Shown piece after piece: positions 1-10,770 of a stretch of DNA of 64,000 nucleotides. Source of the stretch: an uncultured Candidatus Saccharibacteria bacterium (GTDB lineage: Bacteria; Patescibacteriota; Minisyncoccia; Phycocordibacterales; PALSA-1337); contig CAZRIX010000001.1 in NCBI GenBank assembly GCA_964600255.1, positions 118,542 to 182,541 on the forward strand. Direction: 5' to 3'. The notes beneath the pieces are model-generated. The model was not told where the DNA came from. It worked only from the letters and a program-made list of their open reading frames with translations, and did not search any database. Numbering within the stretch: position 1 is the first letter of the stretch; the number at the start of each line of letters is the position of its first letter. A program made the position numbers and the translations under genes.

Positions 1-3
1 CAA

Positions 4-1719
4 ATGCATAAGAAAGTGGAGGATACGGTACCTGCACTAGCACCAGATGCTATAAGAATAATTCCTTTGGGTGGTGTAGAAGAGATTGGAAAGAACATGA
101 CTATGGTCGAATATGGAAATGATATCGTAATTATCGATATTGGTTTCCAATTCAAAGATGAGAATACACCAGGAATCGATTACATTCTACCTAATACAAA
201 GTATCTAGAAGAAAGAAAGGATAAAATTCGTGCAGTAATAATTACACACGGGCACTTGGATCACATAGGAGGTATTCCCTACGTAATGCCAAGAATCGGT
301 AATCCACCACTATATACCCGCATGCTCACATCAGTGATGGTGAAAAAGCGTCAGGAAGAATTCACACATGTTCCACCACTAGACATCAAGATTGTTGAAA
401 AGGATGAAACCATAACCTTGGGTTCACTGAAGGTGAAATTCTTTGCCGTAACTCACACAATACCAGATGCTATGGGAGTTGTTATACAAACACCTCATGG
501 TTCAATAGTACATACAGGTGACCTTAAACTTGATCACGTTGATGGAGTTCCTACAGAACCAGAGGTTGCTGAGTACGACCGTGTATTTAAAAACGAGAAG
601 GTGCTTCTACTTATGGCAGATTCTACAAATGTAGAGAATCCTGGCTTTTCTATTCCTGAAAAAACAGTTCACAAGAACATAGAGAACATAATTAGAGATA
701 CAAAGGGTCGTTTGATCATCGCCACATTCGCTTCCCTACTAGAAAGAATGTTGAAGATTATTGAGTACTCAGAGAAGTACGGTAAGAAGGTTGTCGTTGA
801 AGGTAGAAGCATGAAGACAAATATTGAAATTTGTATGAATCTTGGCCTACTTAAACCCAAGAAAGATACCCTTATCACAGTTGAACAAATCGATAGTTAT
901 CCACCAGACAAGATCGTCGTCCTAGCTACAGGTGCTCAAGGAGATGAATTCGCAGCTATGATGAGAATGTCCAACAAGACTCACAAGTACATCAAGATTA
1001 ACAAAAGAGATACTATTTTGCTTTCATCATCTATAGTTCCTGGAAACGAGAGAGCTGTGCAGAAATTGAAGGATAACCTTTCTAGACAGGGTGCAAGTAT
1101 TATCCACTACAGAATCGCTGACGTTCACTCATCTGGTCACGCCAATCACGATGAAACTGTGTGGATTCATAAAAAAGTTAATCCTAAGTTCTTTATTCCT
1201 GTTCACGGTTATCACTACATGCTACGCGTACACGGCGACATCGCTCGTGAAGCAAATGGCCTTTCTGAAGATAAGATTATCATCCCAGACAATGGTTCAG
1301 TTATAGAAATACAGAATGCAGGTGAAAAAATCGTAAAACTAAAGGAGAAAGCGCCTTCAGGTATCGTTATGGTGGATGGATTCTCAGTGGGAGATATTCA
1401 GGATGTAGTTATTCGTGATCGTCAGATGCTAGCTCAAGATGGAATCTTTATTGTATTTGCTATTATTGATTCAAGAACGGGCAAACTAAAGAAGTCACCA
1501 GACATCATCTCTCGTGGTTTCGTTTATCTACGTGAATCACAGGAACTTCTACACCACACTAGAATTATCATAAAGAATACTATCGAGGATTCAACAAAAG
1601 GAACAAATCCTCTAAATATAGACTTTGTTAAAACAAACATCAGTGACAATGTAAGTAAGTTCCTATTACAAAAAACTGCAAAGAGACCTATTGTTATACC
1701 TGTACTTCTAACTATATAA
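4..1719 (+). CDS. rnj: Ribonuclease J (metallo-beta-lactamase / beta-CASP RNase)
   Basis: 571-aa ORF with the HxHxDH zinc motif (ITHGHLDHIGG) and later D/H motifs typical of beta-CASP RNase J. Length is typical for RNase J. Confidence 0.88.
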   Translation: MHKKVEDTVPALAPDAIRIIPLGGVEEIGKNMTMVEYGNDIVIIDIGFQFKDENTPGIDYILPNTKYLEERKDKIRAVIITHGHLDHIGGIPYVMPRIGNPPLYTRMLTSVMVKKRQEEFTHVPPLDIKIVEKDETITLGSLKVKFFAVTHTIPDAMGVVIQTPHGSIVHTGDLKLDHVDGVPTEPEVAEYDRVFKNEKVLLLMADSTNVENPGFSIPEKTVHKNIENIIRDTKGRLIIATFASLLERMLKIIEYSEKYGKKVVVEGRSMKTNIEICMNLGLLKPKKDTLITVEQIDSYPPDKIVVLATGAQGDEFAAMMRMSNKTHKYIKINKRDTILLSSSIVPGNERAVQKLKDNLSRQGASIIHYRIADVHSSGHANHDETVWIHKKVNPKFFIPVHGYHYMLRVHGDIAREANGLSEDKIIIPDNGSVIEIQNAGEKIVKLKEKAPSGIVMVDGFSVGDIQDVVIRDRQMLAQDGIFIVFAIIDSRTGKLKKSPDIISRGFVYLRESQELLHHTRIIIKNTIEDSTKGTNPLNIDFVKTNISDNVSKFLLQKTAKRPIVIPVLLTI

Positions 1720-1746
1720 TTTTTTCCAAATGTTTTTAGTGTTATA

Positions 1747-2940
1747 ATGATTCGAATGAAACACAATTCGAATACAAAAACTACTAATAGCATTATAGCG
1801 TTATGTATTATTAGTTTTCTTACCGGAATACATCTAAGTCTTCCTGTTTACTTTAACTCAGGTTTTCTCTCAAACTTCATAGATGAAAGGACTATCAGTC
1901 TTGTATATTCGATAATATCTCTAGTTACGATATTGGGGTTATTGGCAATGCATACTATTTTAAAGAAGATAGGTGCTTTTCGTACAAGTATCGCTCTCAT
2001 ATTGATACAGATGACTGTATTCTATTACTTTATAAATACAAATGACATAAATGTTATTGTCCCGCTGTTTATAGTAGCGATGAGTATTGTAAGTCTGATC
2101 GTGTTTGCAAACGATATATTTATTCAAGAAAATACAGAAGTACATCACACTGGACGGGTTCGTGGTCTTGTTATGACGGCTTCAAATGCAGCCTGGATTC
2201 TGGGACCTCTACTTGCTGGTATTCTGGTCACAACAACTGATTCTATCGAGAACTACAAGGACATATACATTGCAGCATTTGCAATACTCTTACCCTTGCT
2301 CTATGTAGTCTTCAAGAATTTTCAGAATTTCAAGGACCCAAAGTATATTGAGATCTCTACAAGAGAGACCGTTATCAGAATTCTAAAGAATAAAGACATT
2401 AGTAAAATTTTCCTTGCTAATACTGTTCTGCAGTCATTTTATGCTTGGATGACGGTCTATGTGCCGATTTATCTTCACCAAACTATTGGCTTTGATTGGA
2501 AAGAGATTAGTATCATTCTAACAATCATGCTTATTCCTTTCGTATTAGTAGATATACCGCTAGGTAAGTTAGCAGATAAAAAGTGGGGTGAGAAAGAACT
2601 AATGATTACTGGTTTTGTAATTCTAGGTGTTTCAACAGTATGTCTAACACTACTTAGTGTAAAAAGTTTGGCAGCGTGGGCTACTATTCTATTTATTACC
2701 CGTATCGGTGCAGCTACGGCAGAGATAATGATTGAGACGTATTTCTTTAAAAAAATAGATGGTAGCGATCCTGAAATTCTAAGTTTGTTTAGAATCACTC
2801 GTCCCCTAGCATACTTCGTTGCGCCTGTGATTACGACAGTGGCTCTAGTATATACAACAGATCAGTATTTATTCGTAGTTTTTGGATTATTAGCCCTTTT
2901 GACAATATACCCTATTTCAACAATTAAGGATACAAATTAG
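1747..2940 (+). CDS. MFS-type transporter (multi-pass membrane protein)
   Basis: 397 aa with about 12 hydrophobic segments and an MFS-like mid-loop (GRVRGLVMTASNAAWILGPLLAG). Confidence 0.55.
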   Translation: MIRMKHNSNTKTTNSIIALCIISFLTGIHLSLPVYFNSGFLSNFIDERTISLVYSIISLVTILGLLAMHTILKKIGAFRTSIALILIQMTVFYYFINTNDINVIVPLFIVAMSIVSLIVFANDIFIQENTEVHHTGRVRGLVMTASNAAWILGPLLAGILVTTTDSIENYKDIYIAAFAILLPLLYVVFKNFQNFKDPKYIEISTRETVIRILKNKDISKIFLANTVLQSFYAWMTVYVPIYLHQTIGFDWKEISIILTIMLIPFVLVDIPLGKLADKKWGEKELMITGFVILGVSTVCLTLLSVKSLAAWATILFITRIGAATAEIMIETYFFKKIDGSDPEILSLFRITRPLAYFVAPVITTVALVYTTDQYLFVVFGLLALLTIYPISTIKDTN

Positions 2941-3026
2941 TCTTAATGATTCCGATTGTAAGCTTTTTCACATATTTTGCATTCCCCTGCCAATTCATAT
3001 ATAATTCGCGTACAAATTATTAATAA

Positions 3027-4334
<1,308 letters not shown>

Positions 4335-4352
4335 TTAATCATTTAGATATAG

Positions 4353-4485
4353 AAAAAGAGTGGTAGTGATATCCTAGGACATTTCGACGATTCAGCAGAA
4401 TCGCGCTTGGCGCACTGCGAGCTGAGAACTAGGAAATTCTTAGTAAAGAATTTCCGTGTCCGTAGATATCATTACCACTCTTTTT
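4353..4485. repeat. Structured element bounded by a 21-bp imperfect inverted repeat (AAAAAGAGTGGTAGTGATATC / GATATCATTACCACTCTTTTT) with three internal hairpins
   Basis: Read directly. The outer 21-nt arms pair with one mismatch. Inner hairpins are GGACA/TGTCC, CGATTC-AGCAG-GAATCG, GCGC-TTG-GCGC and GGAAATTCTT-AGTA-AAGAATTTCC. The element is GC-richer than its flanks and sits in the convergent eno/gpmA spacer. Confidence 0.5.
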
Positions 4486-4722
4486 CATTAACCTAACCCC
4501 CACCATTATGCTTGTGGAGCAGGTGGTACTGGAGGTGTTGGTGCCTTTGGTCCCTTTGTCATATAATATTTTCTCAGGTTGATTAGCTCCTGAGTCACCA
4601 AATTATACAATCGATTCAAGTGCCTCCACTTTTCCCTCATTACTTTGACATAGCGTCAAAAGCTTGGGTGAAAAGACTATGAAAAATGGCACTCCCTCGC
4701 CATGGTCTAATATTTAGCAAAA

Positions 4723-4741
4723 TTACACCACTTGGGTGTAA
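4723..4741 (-). terminator. Candidate hairpin terminator for gpmA (TTACACC-ACTTG-GGTGTAA)
   Basis: 7-bp stem and 5-nt loop just past the gpmA stop, flanked by A/T runs. Confidence 0.4.
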
Positions 4742-4767
4742 TTTTGGCTATATTTTATTATGTCTAA

Positions 4768-5487
4768 TTAAAGAGGCTGCTCGGTACCGTCACTTAGTAG
4801 ATAATATCTCTTAAGTGGCTTCAGATTCTCATCTAATTCGTAGATCAATGGCACAGCATTCTTGATCTCAATACCAACAATCTCATCATCGCTTATTCCA
4901 TCAATATGCTTCACCATAGCACGGATACTGTTGTTACTTGCTGAGATTATGACTTTCTTGCCACTCTTTATCATTGGAACGATATCTGAGTTCCAGTAAG
5001 GCATTACTCGCTTTATAGTATCTTCTAGTGATTCACCTAGTGGTAGATCATTTGGATCTAAGTCTTTGTACTTTGGATCAAAACCAGGATATCTAGGATC
5101 ATCCTTGGTTAGCTGCAATGGCTTGTCAGCAAAACTTCTTCTCCACTTGTGAACCTGTTCTGGAGAATATTGAGCAGCAATATCAGTATGTTTTTGTTCC
5201 TGAAGAGCACCATAGTGTCTTTCATTCAATCTCCAAGAATAGTTTGTTTGAATATCTGAAGACCCTAATTCACCAAGTACAGTACTTAATGTATTCTTTG
5301 CTCGTTTTAATACTGAACAAAAAGCCACATCGAATTTTAGTCCGGCATTCTTTAGACTTTGTCCGGCGAGCTTTGCTTCCTCAACACCTTTATCTGTTAA
5401 TTCAACGTCCGTCCAACCACAAAATTTCTTTTCTAAATTGTATGCAGTCTGTCCGTGTCTTATTATTACTAATTTATACATAGGCAC
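4768..5487 (-). CDS. gpmA: 2,3-bisphosphoglycerate-dependent phosphoglycerate mutase
   Basis: RHGQTAYN catalytic-His motif near the N-terminus, FCGWTDVELTDKG, and a 239-aa dPGM-like length. Confidence 0.88.
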   Translation of the reverse strand: MPMYKLVIIRHGQTAYNLEKKFCGWTDVELTDKGVEEAKLAGQSLKNAGLKFDVAFCSVLKRAKNTLSTVLGELGSSDIQTNYSWRLNERHYGALQEQKHTDIAAQYSPEQVHKWRRSFADKPLQLTKDDPRYPGFDPKYKDLDPNDLPLGESLEDTIKRVMPYWNSDIVPMIKSGKKVIISASNNSIRAMVKHIDGISDDEIVGIEIKNAVPLIYELDENLKPLKRYYLLSDGTEQPL

Positions 5488-5505
5488 ACATTATACACGA
5501 AAACA

Positions 5506-6873
5506 TTATTCCCTTCTACTTTTTATTGTTGAGATAATCAATCTAATATACTTTATCAAAAGGATAATAAATGTAGTACAGAATAGTCCCAACCCTATAC
5601 CAGCAAATACATCCGACATCCAATGTACACCGAGATACACTCGACTAAATGAAACAAGGAGAGAAAGAATGACACAAATCACAATCAACACCTCTCTTAA
5701 AACAAGTGATTTGATCTTGATAACAATGAAGTAGATCAGTAGTGTAAAAAATATTGTCGCTGCTACAGCATGCCCACTAGGAAAGCTATATCCTGACTGT
5801 AAAATAAAGGCATTCTCAGGTCTTAAGCGCATTACTAAGTTTTTTATTATGAAAGTAGATAAATACCCAGTACCTAGAGAAAAGACCGTCACGATCGCAA
5901 ACGTATAACTTTTATGACGAATAAAATATATAAAGCCAGCCAAACCCAATACAGTTAGGTAGGTCGGACTCAAGATATTTGTCACAAGATTCATAAACCA
6001 AAGTAATGCTGGTGAGTTGTGAATTGTGAAATATGCATTGACGAATAAGTCGAGCTGTAATAGAAAAACTTTGTCAGTTAGCGCGTCTTGAATAGTTTTA
6101 AAGAATAAATAAAGACCAAATATGTTTAGAATCAAAGTGATAATTTCATACTTAGCAAAAATATGAAACTGCTTATTTATCAATCTATAACCCCAGGCCA
6201 TAAGTATTCCAAATACGATTACCAATACAATATATTTACCGAGTAAGGCAGATATCGTATCGTAACTTGCACCAAAAACATATCCAGCCAGCACAGCTGA
6301 AGTAGCCCATAAAACCGCACCCAAAGAATCATATATCCAAAACTTTCTTGAACTAACCCCACTAGCACCGACCACGAAAGGTGTGAGTGAACGAGTCATT
6401 GGACTGAATCTTCCAATAATAATAGTTTTTACACTATTGTCCTGTATGACTTTTCTAGGTTTATCTATGTACTCAGGTTTGATATAGCACAATGATCCAA
6501 ACCTGTACAAGAGTTCTATACCGAATTTCTTACCCAATAGATAACCTAGATAGTCCCCTAGAACCGCACATATCACAACTATTGGCAAAACTACCCTCAA
6601 ACTGAAAACATCAATTTTCGAAAGAAAACCAGCAATAATAACAATGGTTTGTCCCGGCACAAACTGACCTACAAGCGGCAATCCTTCCAATATCGTAGTT
6701 AGAGAAATAAACAAATAGCCACCGTGTTCCACCAGCATGTGCAAGTTATGTCCTATATAGTTGAATACTTGGAACATGTTGTTTAAATTAAACCGTATTA
6801 TACCACAACCAGTATTAAATTCTGATAAATTTTTTATCGTTGATTTCCACAAAGAATACGTGGATAAAAACAT
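5506..6873 (-). CDS. Bifunctional DedA(VTT)-family / PAP2 phosphatase membrane protein
   Basis: The N-terminal half shows a DedA-like pattern (LEGLPLVGQFVPGQTIV...IIGRFSPMTRSLTPFVVG). The C-terminal half carries PAP2 motifs: RLRPENAF, PSGH and SRVYLGVHWMSDV. Confidence 0.75.
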   Translation of the reverse strand: MFLSTYSLWKSTIKNLSEFNTGCGIIRFNLNNMFQVFNYIGHNLHMLVEHGGYLFISLTTILEGLPLVGQFVPGQTIVIIAGFLSKIDVFSLRVVLPIVVICAVLGDYLGYLLGKKFGIELLYRFGSLCYIKPEYIDKPRKVIQDNSVKTIIIGRFSPMTRSLTPFVVGASGVSSRKFWIYDSLGAVLWATSAVLAGYVFGASYDTISALLGKYIVLVIVFGILMAWGYRLINKQFHIFAKYEIITLILNIFGLYLFFKTIQDALTDKVFLLQLDLFVNAYFTIHNSPALLWFMNLVTNILSPTYLTVLGLAGFIYFIRHKSYTFAIVTVFSLGTGYLSTFIIKNLVMRLRPENAFILQSGYSFPSGHAVAATIFFTLLIYFIVIKIKSLVLREVLIVICVILSLLVSFSRVYLGVHWMSDVFAGIGLGLFCTTFIILLIKYIRLIISTIKSRRE

Positions 6874-6894
6874 AATTCAGTCTATAATCGACAC

Positions 6895-7566
6895 ATGAAA
6901 ATATTATTAATCGAAGACGACATTGATGTATCGTTCTTTATTAAAATGGGTCTTCAAAATGATGGTATTGTTGTGGATATAGCAAAAGACGGAGCTAGTG
7001 GTTCATTTATGTCCAGGACAAACCATTACGATGTTATGGTAATAGATTATTCTCTACCTATCAAAGACGGGCTCTCTATATGTGAGGAGATACGTGCATC
7101 ACAGATTGACACACCTATAATCTTTCTCACTGTACATACAGACACAAGGAAAAAGGTTCGAGCTCTTGAAAAGGGTGCTGATGACTATATGACCAAGCCA
7201 TTTGCGCTCGAAGAATTGAAAGCAAGGTTATTTGCATTAAAGCGGAGACCTCACCAAATCGAAAGCACCATACTAACGGTAGACGATCTAGTGGTAGACA
7301 CATACAAAAGAACTGTAAAAAGAAATGGTAAACAAATATACCTAACAAGGAAGACTTATGATCTATTGGAACACCTTATGAGAAACAAGGGTATTGTTCT
7401 TTCAAGAGGAAATATAATGGAGTATGTTTGGAACTCAGATAGTGATCCATTTTCAAATACAGTAGAGTCGCACATATCGAGTCTTCGAAAGAAGATAAAT
7501 ATTGATGGTAAAAAAGATATCCTCAAGAATCTACCAGGTAGGGGCTATATAATTATTGATTCTTAA
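6895..7566 (+). CDS. OmpR/PhoB-family two-component response regulator
   Basis: Receiver domain (MKILLIEDD...VMVIDYSLP...KPF) plus a C-terminal winged-helix trans_reg_C domain (LTRKTYDLLEHL...GRGY). Confidence 0.85.
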   Translation: MKILLIEDDIDVSFFIKMGLQNDGIVVDIAKDGASGSFMSRTNHYDVMVIDYSLPIKDGLSICEEIRASQIDTPIIFLTVHTDTRKKVRALEKGADDYMTKPFALEELKARLFALKRRPHQIESTILTVDDLVVDTYKRTVKRNGKQIYLTRKTYDLLEHLMRNKGIVLSRGNIMEYVWNSDSDPFSNTVESHISSLRKKINIDGKKDILKNLPGRGYIIIDS

Positions 7567-9805
7567 ACTTTCCTTCCTGTATTTGCTTTATATATGCATC
7601 AGTCTGAGCTTTAATTGCTGGGAACTTATTACCAGCCTTTTTCAATGTCTCAATAGCCAAACTATCCTGACCGTTTAAGATGTATGCATATGCTAGAGGT
7701 GAATATGCTTCCATGTTCTCTGGGTCTTTGTTTATCAGTGCTTGATACCCCGCTATTGCCTTTGAGTACTTCTTTGCAAACATGTATGCGTTTATTACCT
7801 TTGGATCAAAGAATATTTCCTTATCATCAGGGAAAGTCTTTATGGCCTCTGCTTCATTGTTTGTTGAAATGAGAGCGGCAACGTAGTTGGTTTTTGCGAC
7901 TATATTTTCTGGAGCGGATTCATATGCCTGCTTCATTATCTGAAGCCCTTCTGTTGTACTGCCAACGTTCATATAGTTACTAGCCAATTCATACATTATT
8001 GTCTGCTTTCCAGGAGATAGTTTGGCTGCCTTCTCAAGTAGTGGAGTTGCACTCTTTAGATCGCCTATTGAATTGTAGAATGTTCCAGCGAGGATATATA
8101 TACGTGCATCATTTGGTACATCTGCTATATGCTTCTCGATCTCTTGCTTGGCTAGACCATAGAATTCCATCTTGGTATCAAGAGGTATTGATTGGTTATT
8201 TATTACACCAGTAGCACATGAAAGAAACTGTTCCCTAGACTCTTGGTTTGAGAGAGTAAGATCATATCCGACAGCTTTTTTGAAAGGTTCAATAGATAAT
8301 GTCTTGCTACTACCACAACTTCTTAACCCATTTATCAAAGCTTTGTTTGCTAGTATTGGTCTCACATTTATAAAGTAAACAGATACAAGAAATACTATTA
8401 CCATAATAGGCAGGAATAGATAATCTCTCAAAACAATTTGATCATCAGTAGGCTTCTGATCCGCATTTCTAATCAGCATACAATCACTACCTTTTCTTAA
8501 ATTCTTTATGAAAGCGAGTACAATGAAGAACATTACATAACTAGTTTGGTTATCAAAAACGAATATATTGTGTACACCATATCCGACTAGTAAACCTACA
8601 AATGCCGCTTTCTGTCCTACAGTAAGGTCACTTTTGAATATAAAGATGAATGACAATAAATATAGGGACAAGTATGATAGTAAACCAAGTAAACCTCCAG
8701 CAATTAACCAGTCCAAATAGACGTTGTGTGCTCGGTCGAACCATTGTTCGTGCGCGTACATCTTTGGATTATAGTGTGAGTTGAATATGTAGTTGAAATT
8801 CTCTTGACCCACTCCAATAATGGCTGTTTTTGGTGTTTCAAATATACCCTTCACTGCCATTGGCCATATAAATCCTCTAGCCTGAGTCTTAGTATCTGAA
8901 ATTGAAATATTTGCCAATCTACTCAACACCTTGTTTGACTGTATCCATTTTGCATCTCGGTTTGAATAGAATAGTACACCAACAATCAAAATCAATATTA
9001 TCGCACCGCCAGCAAGTCCTCTAGTTAAATTTGATTGGCCATTCTCCTTTCTACCAAAGATCGCGTAGAATGCTGCAAATACAATGAGAGCTGCTACCCA
9101 ACCCAACATACTTCCTCTAGTAGCTGTTTGAAATAGAATGAATGAAAAGAATGCAAAAGATGCAGTATATAGAGTTGTATAAACCACTCTAGTTGGATGG
9201 AACTTTGTAATAGCCAAATACAGAGCAATAAATGCGTTGATAAGCATATATACAGCCATATATGCTGAGTTTCCCAATGATGCATCAACTCTATCTCCTT
9301 GATGTGTTGGTGATACTCCGAAAAACTGTAACAGTCCATAGAAAGCAACAATTAGTCCGGATACTAGTACAACATTAAAGAAGTTATCCCAACTTTTTCG
9401 TGTTGTAAGAACTGAACTAATCACCATAAAGAAAGCCCATAGGTGCGCTATCATGATCCATCCCTCCATTCTCTCGAAGTTAGACCAAATACTCCTTAAT
9501 GGATTCAAGCCGAACAAATCTGCTACCAGAGCAATGAATGCTAGTACCGTTATAGATATAGTAATTGGATTGATCCTAGGCGCAACACTTCTATCGGTAC
9601 CGACTACCGTAGTTCCCTTTTCCCTAAGTATCAAAACAATCCATAGCACAAACAAAATCTCAACAATTATTCTGAATGCAAATGCCTTTCCAGTTATAAA
9701 TGGAAAGAATAGTGAATTACTAACATACAATGGGATAAGGGTGATTAAAGCGAGTCCGGAAATAATAATATTCTTTATTGTATTGTTGATTGTAATGTTG
9801 TTCAT
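7553..9805 (-). CDS. O-antigen ligase/polymerase-like (Wzy_C) polytopic membrane protein with C-terminal TPR repeats
   Basis: 750 aa. The first ~450 aa have ~10-12 TM segments with a large external loop. The C-terminal ~280 aa have TPR-like A/Y/L periodicity (AYSPLAYAYILNGQ...). Confidence 0.5.
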   Translation of the reverse strand: MNNITINNTIKNIIISGLALITLIPLYVSNSLFFPFITGKAFAFRIIVEILFVLWIVLILREKGTTVVGTDRSVAPRINPITISITVLAFIALVADLFGLNPLRSIWSNFERMEGWIMIAHLWAFFMVISSVLTTRKSWDNFFNVVLVSGLIVAFYGLLQFFGVSPTHQGDRVDASLGNSAYMAVYMLINAFIALYLAITKFHPTRVVYTTLYTASFAFFSFILFQTATRGSMLGWVAALIVFAAFYAIFGRKENGQSNLTRGLAGGAIILILIVGVLFYSNRDAKWIQSNKVLSRLANISISDTKTQARGFIWPMAVKGIFETPKTAIIGVGQENFNYIFNSHYNPKMYAHEQWFDRAHNVYLDWLIAGGLLGLLSYLSLYLLSFIFIFKSDLTVGQKAAFVGLLVGYGVHNIFVFDNQTSYVMFFIVLAFIKNLRKGSDCMLIRNADQKPTDDQIVLRDYLFLPIMVIVFLVSVYFINVRPILANKALINGLRSCGSSKTLSIEPFKKAVGYDLTLSNQESREQFLSCATGVINNQSIPLDTKMEFYGLAKQEIEKHIADVPNDARIYILAGTFYNSIGDLKSATPLLEKAAKLSPGKQTIMYELASNYMNVGSTTEGLQIMKQAYESAPENIVAKTNYVAALISTNNEAEAIKTFPDDKEIFFDPKVINAYMFAKKYSKAIAGYQALINKDPENMEAYSPLAYAYILNGQDSLAIETLKKAGNKFPAIKAQTDAYIKQIQEGKFKNQ

Positions 9806-9935
9806 AGTAACGAGATAATAACACAGAATAACTTTGTTTTCTATTTATAATATTGCAATTCGTGTTGTGGTTTTACTCTGGTGGTAAATTACAATGATAA
9901 ATGATAAAATCCTATGACAAATAACAAACATCTGT

Positions 9936-10769
9936 ATGAACTCCCCAAGTAATGTACTAACTATCATAAGACCGAAAAAGTTATTCTCTGTCAAGGATAT
10001 TACCGAGGTATGGAAATATAGGGAGCTATTATTCTTTTTCACGTGGAGAGATCTTAAGGTTAGATACAAGCAAACAATGATTGGAGCTGGCTGGGCCATT
10101 TTTCAACCATTCATTACGATGGTTGTATTTTCAATATTTTTTGGAGGACTGGCAAAAATACCATCGGATGGAGTACCTTATCCAATCTTCGTATATGTCG
10201 GTTTGATATTCTGGCAATTTTTTTCTTCTGCACTATCAGATACAAGTAATACACTGATAAGTAACCAGGCTATCATTACAAAAGTATATTTTCCGAGATT
10301 GATCTTACCTATAGCTTCTGTCATGACAAAGATAGTGGATTTCTTGATAGCGTCCATCATACTTGTTGGTCTAATGATCTACTACCAGTACCTACCAAAT
10401 CTATACGGTCTACTATTACTACCTGTACTTCTACTTATAAGTTTTATGAGTGCAGTTGGTGGGGGTCTGTTTCTAGCAGCAATCAATGTGAAGTACCGTG
10501 ATGTTAGATACGCTCTTCCCTTTTTAATTCAGATAATGCTATTCCTAACTCCAGTTATATATCCAGCAAGTATTGCAGGTAAGTATTCAAAGATACTTGC
10601 TCTAAACCCAATGATGGGTGTAATACAGAACGCCAGAGCAGCACTATTGGGTACAACTCCTATAAACTGGACATTGATCCTAATATCAGTTGTTGCTTCA
10701 GCCGTACTTTTGATTGTGGGTGTATACGTATTTAAAAAAGTCGAGAGATATTTCGCAGATATTATATAA
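9936..10769 (+). CDS. ABC-2 type polysaccharide export permease (Wzm/TagG-like)
   Basis: 277 aa with 6 TM segments and an ABC-2 signature region (RDLKVRYKQTMIGAGWAIFQP), immediately upstream of an ABC ATPase. Confidence 0.8.
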   Translation: MNSPSNVLTIIRPKKLFSVKDITEVWKYRELLFFFTWRDLKVRYKQTMIGAGWAIFQPFITMVVFSIFFGGLAKIPSDGVPYPIFVYVGLIFWQFFSSALSDTSNTLISNQAIITKVYFPRLILPIASVMTKIVDFLIASIILVGLMIYYQYLPNLYGLLLLPVLLLISFMSAVGGGLFLAAINVKYRDVRYALPFLIQIMLFLTPVIYPASIAGKYSKILALNPMMGVIQNARAALLGTTPINWTLILISVVASAVLLIVGVYVFKKVERYFADII

Positions 10770-10770
10770 C

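Noticed and set aside
10714-10770. ORF-track start for the ABC ATPase at 10714
   Set aside because: It would overlap the permease by 56 nt. The ATG at 10771 directly follows the permease stop and begins the conserved MTSIIEVKG N-terminus.
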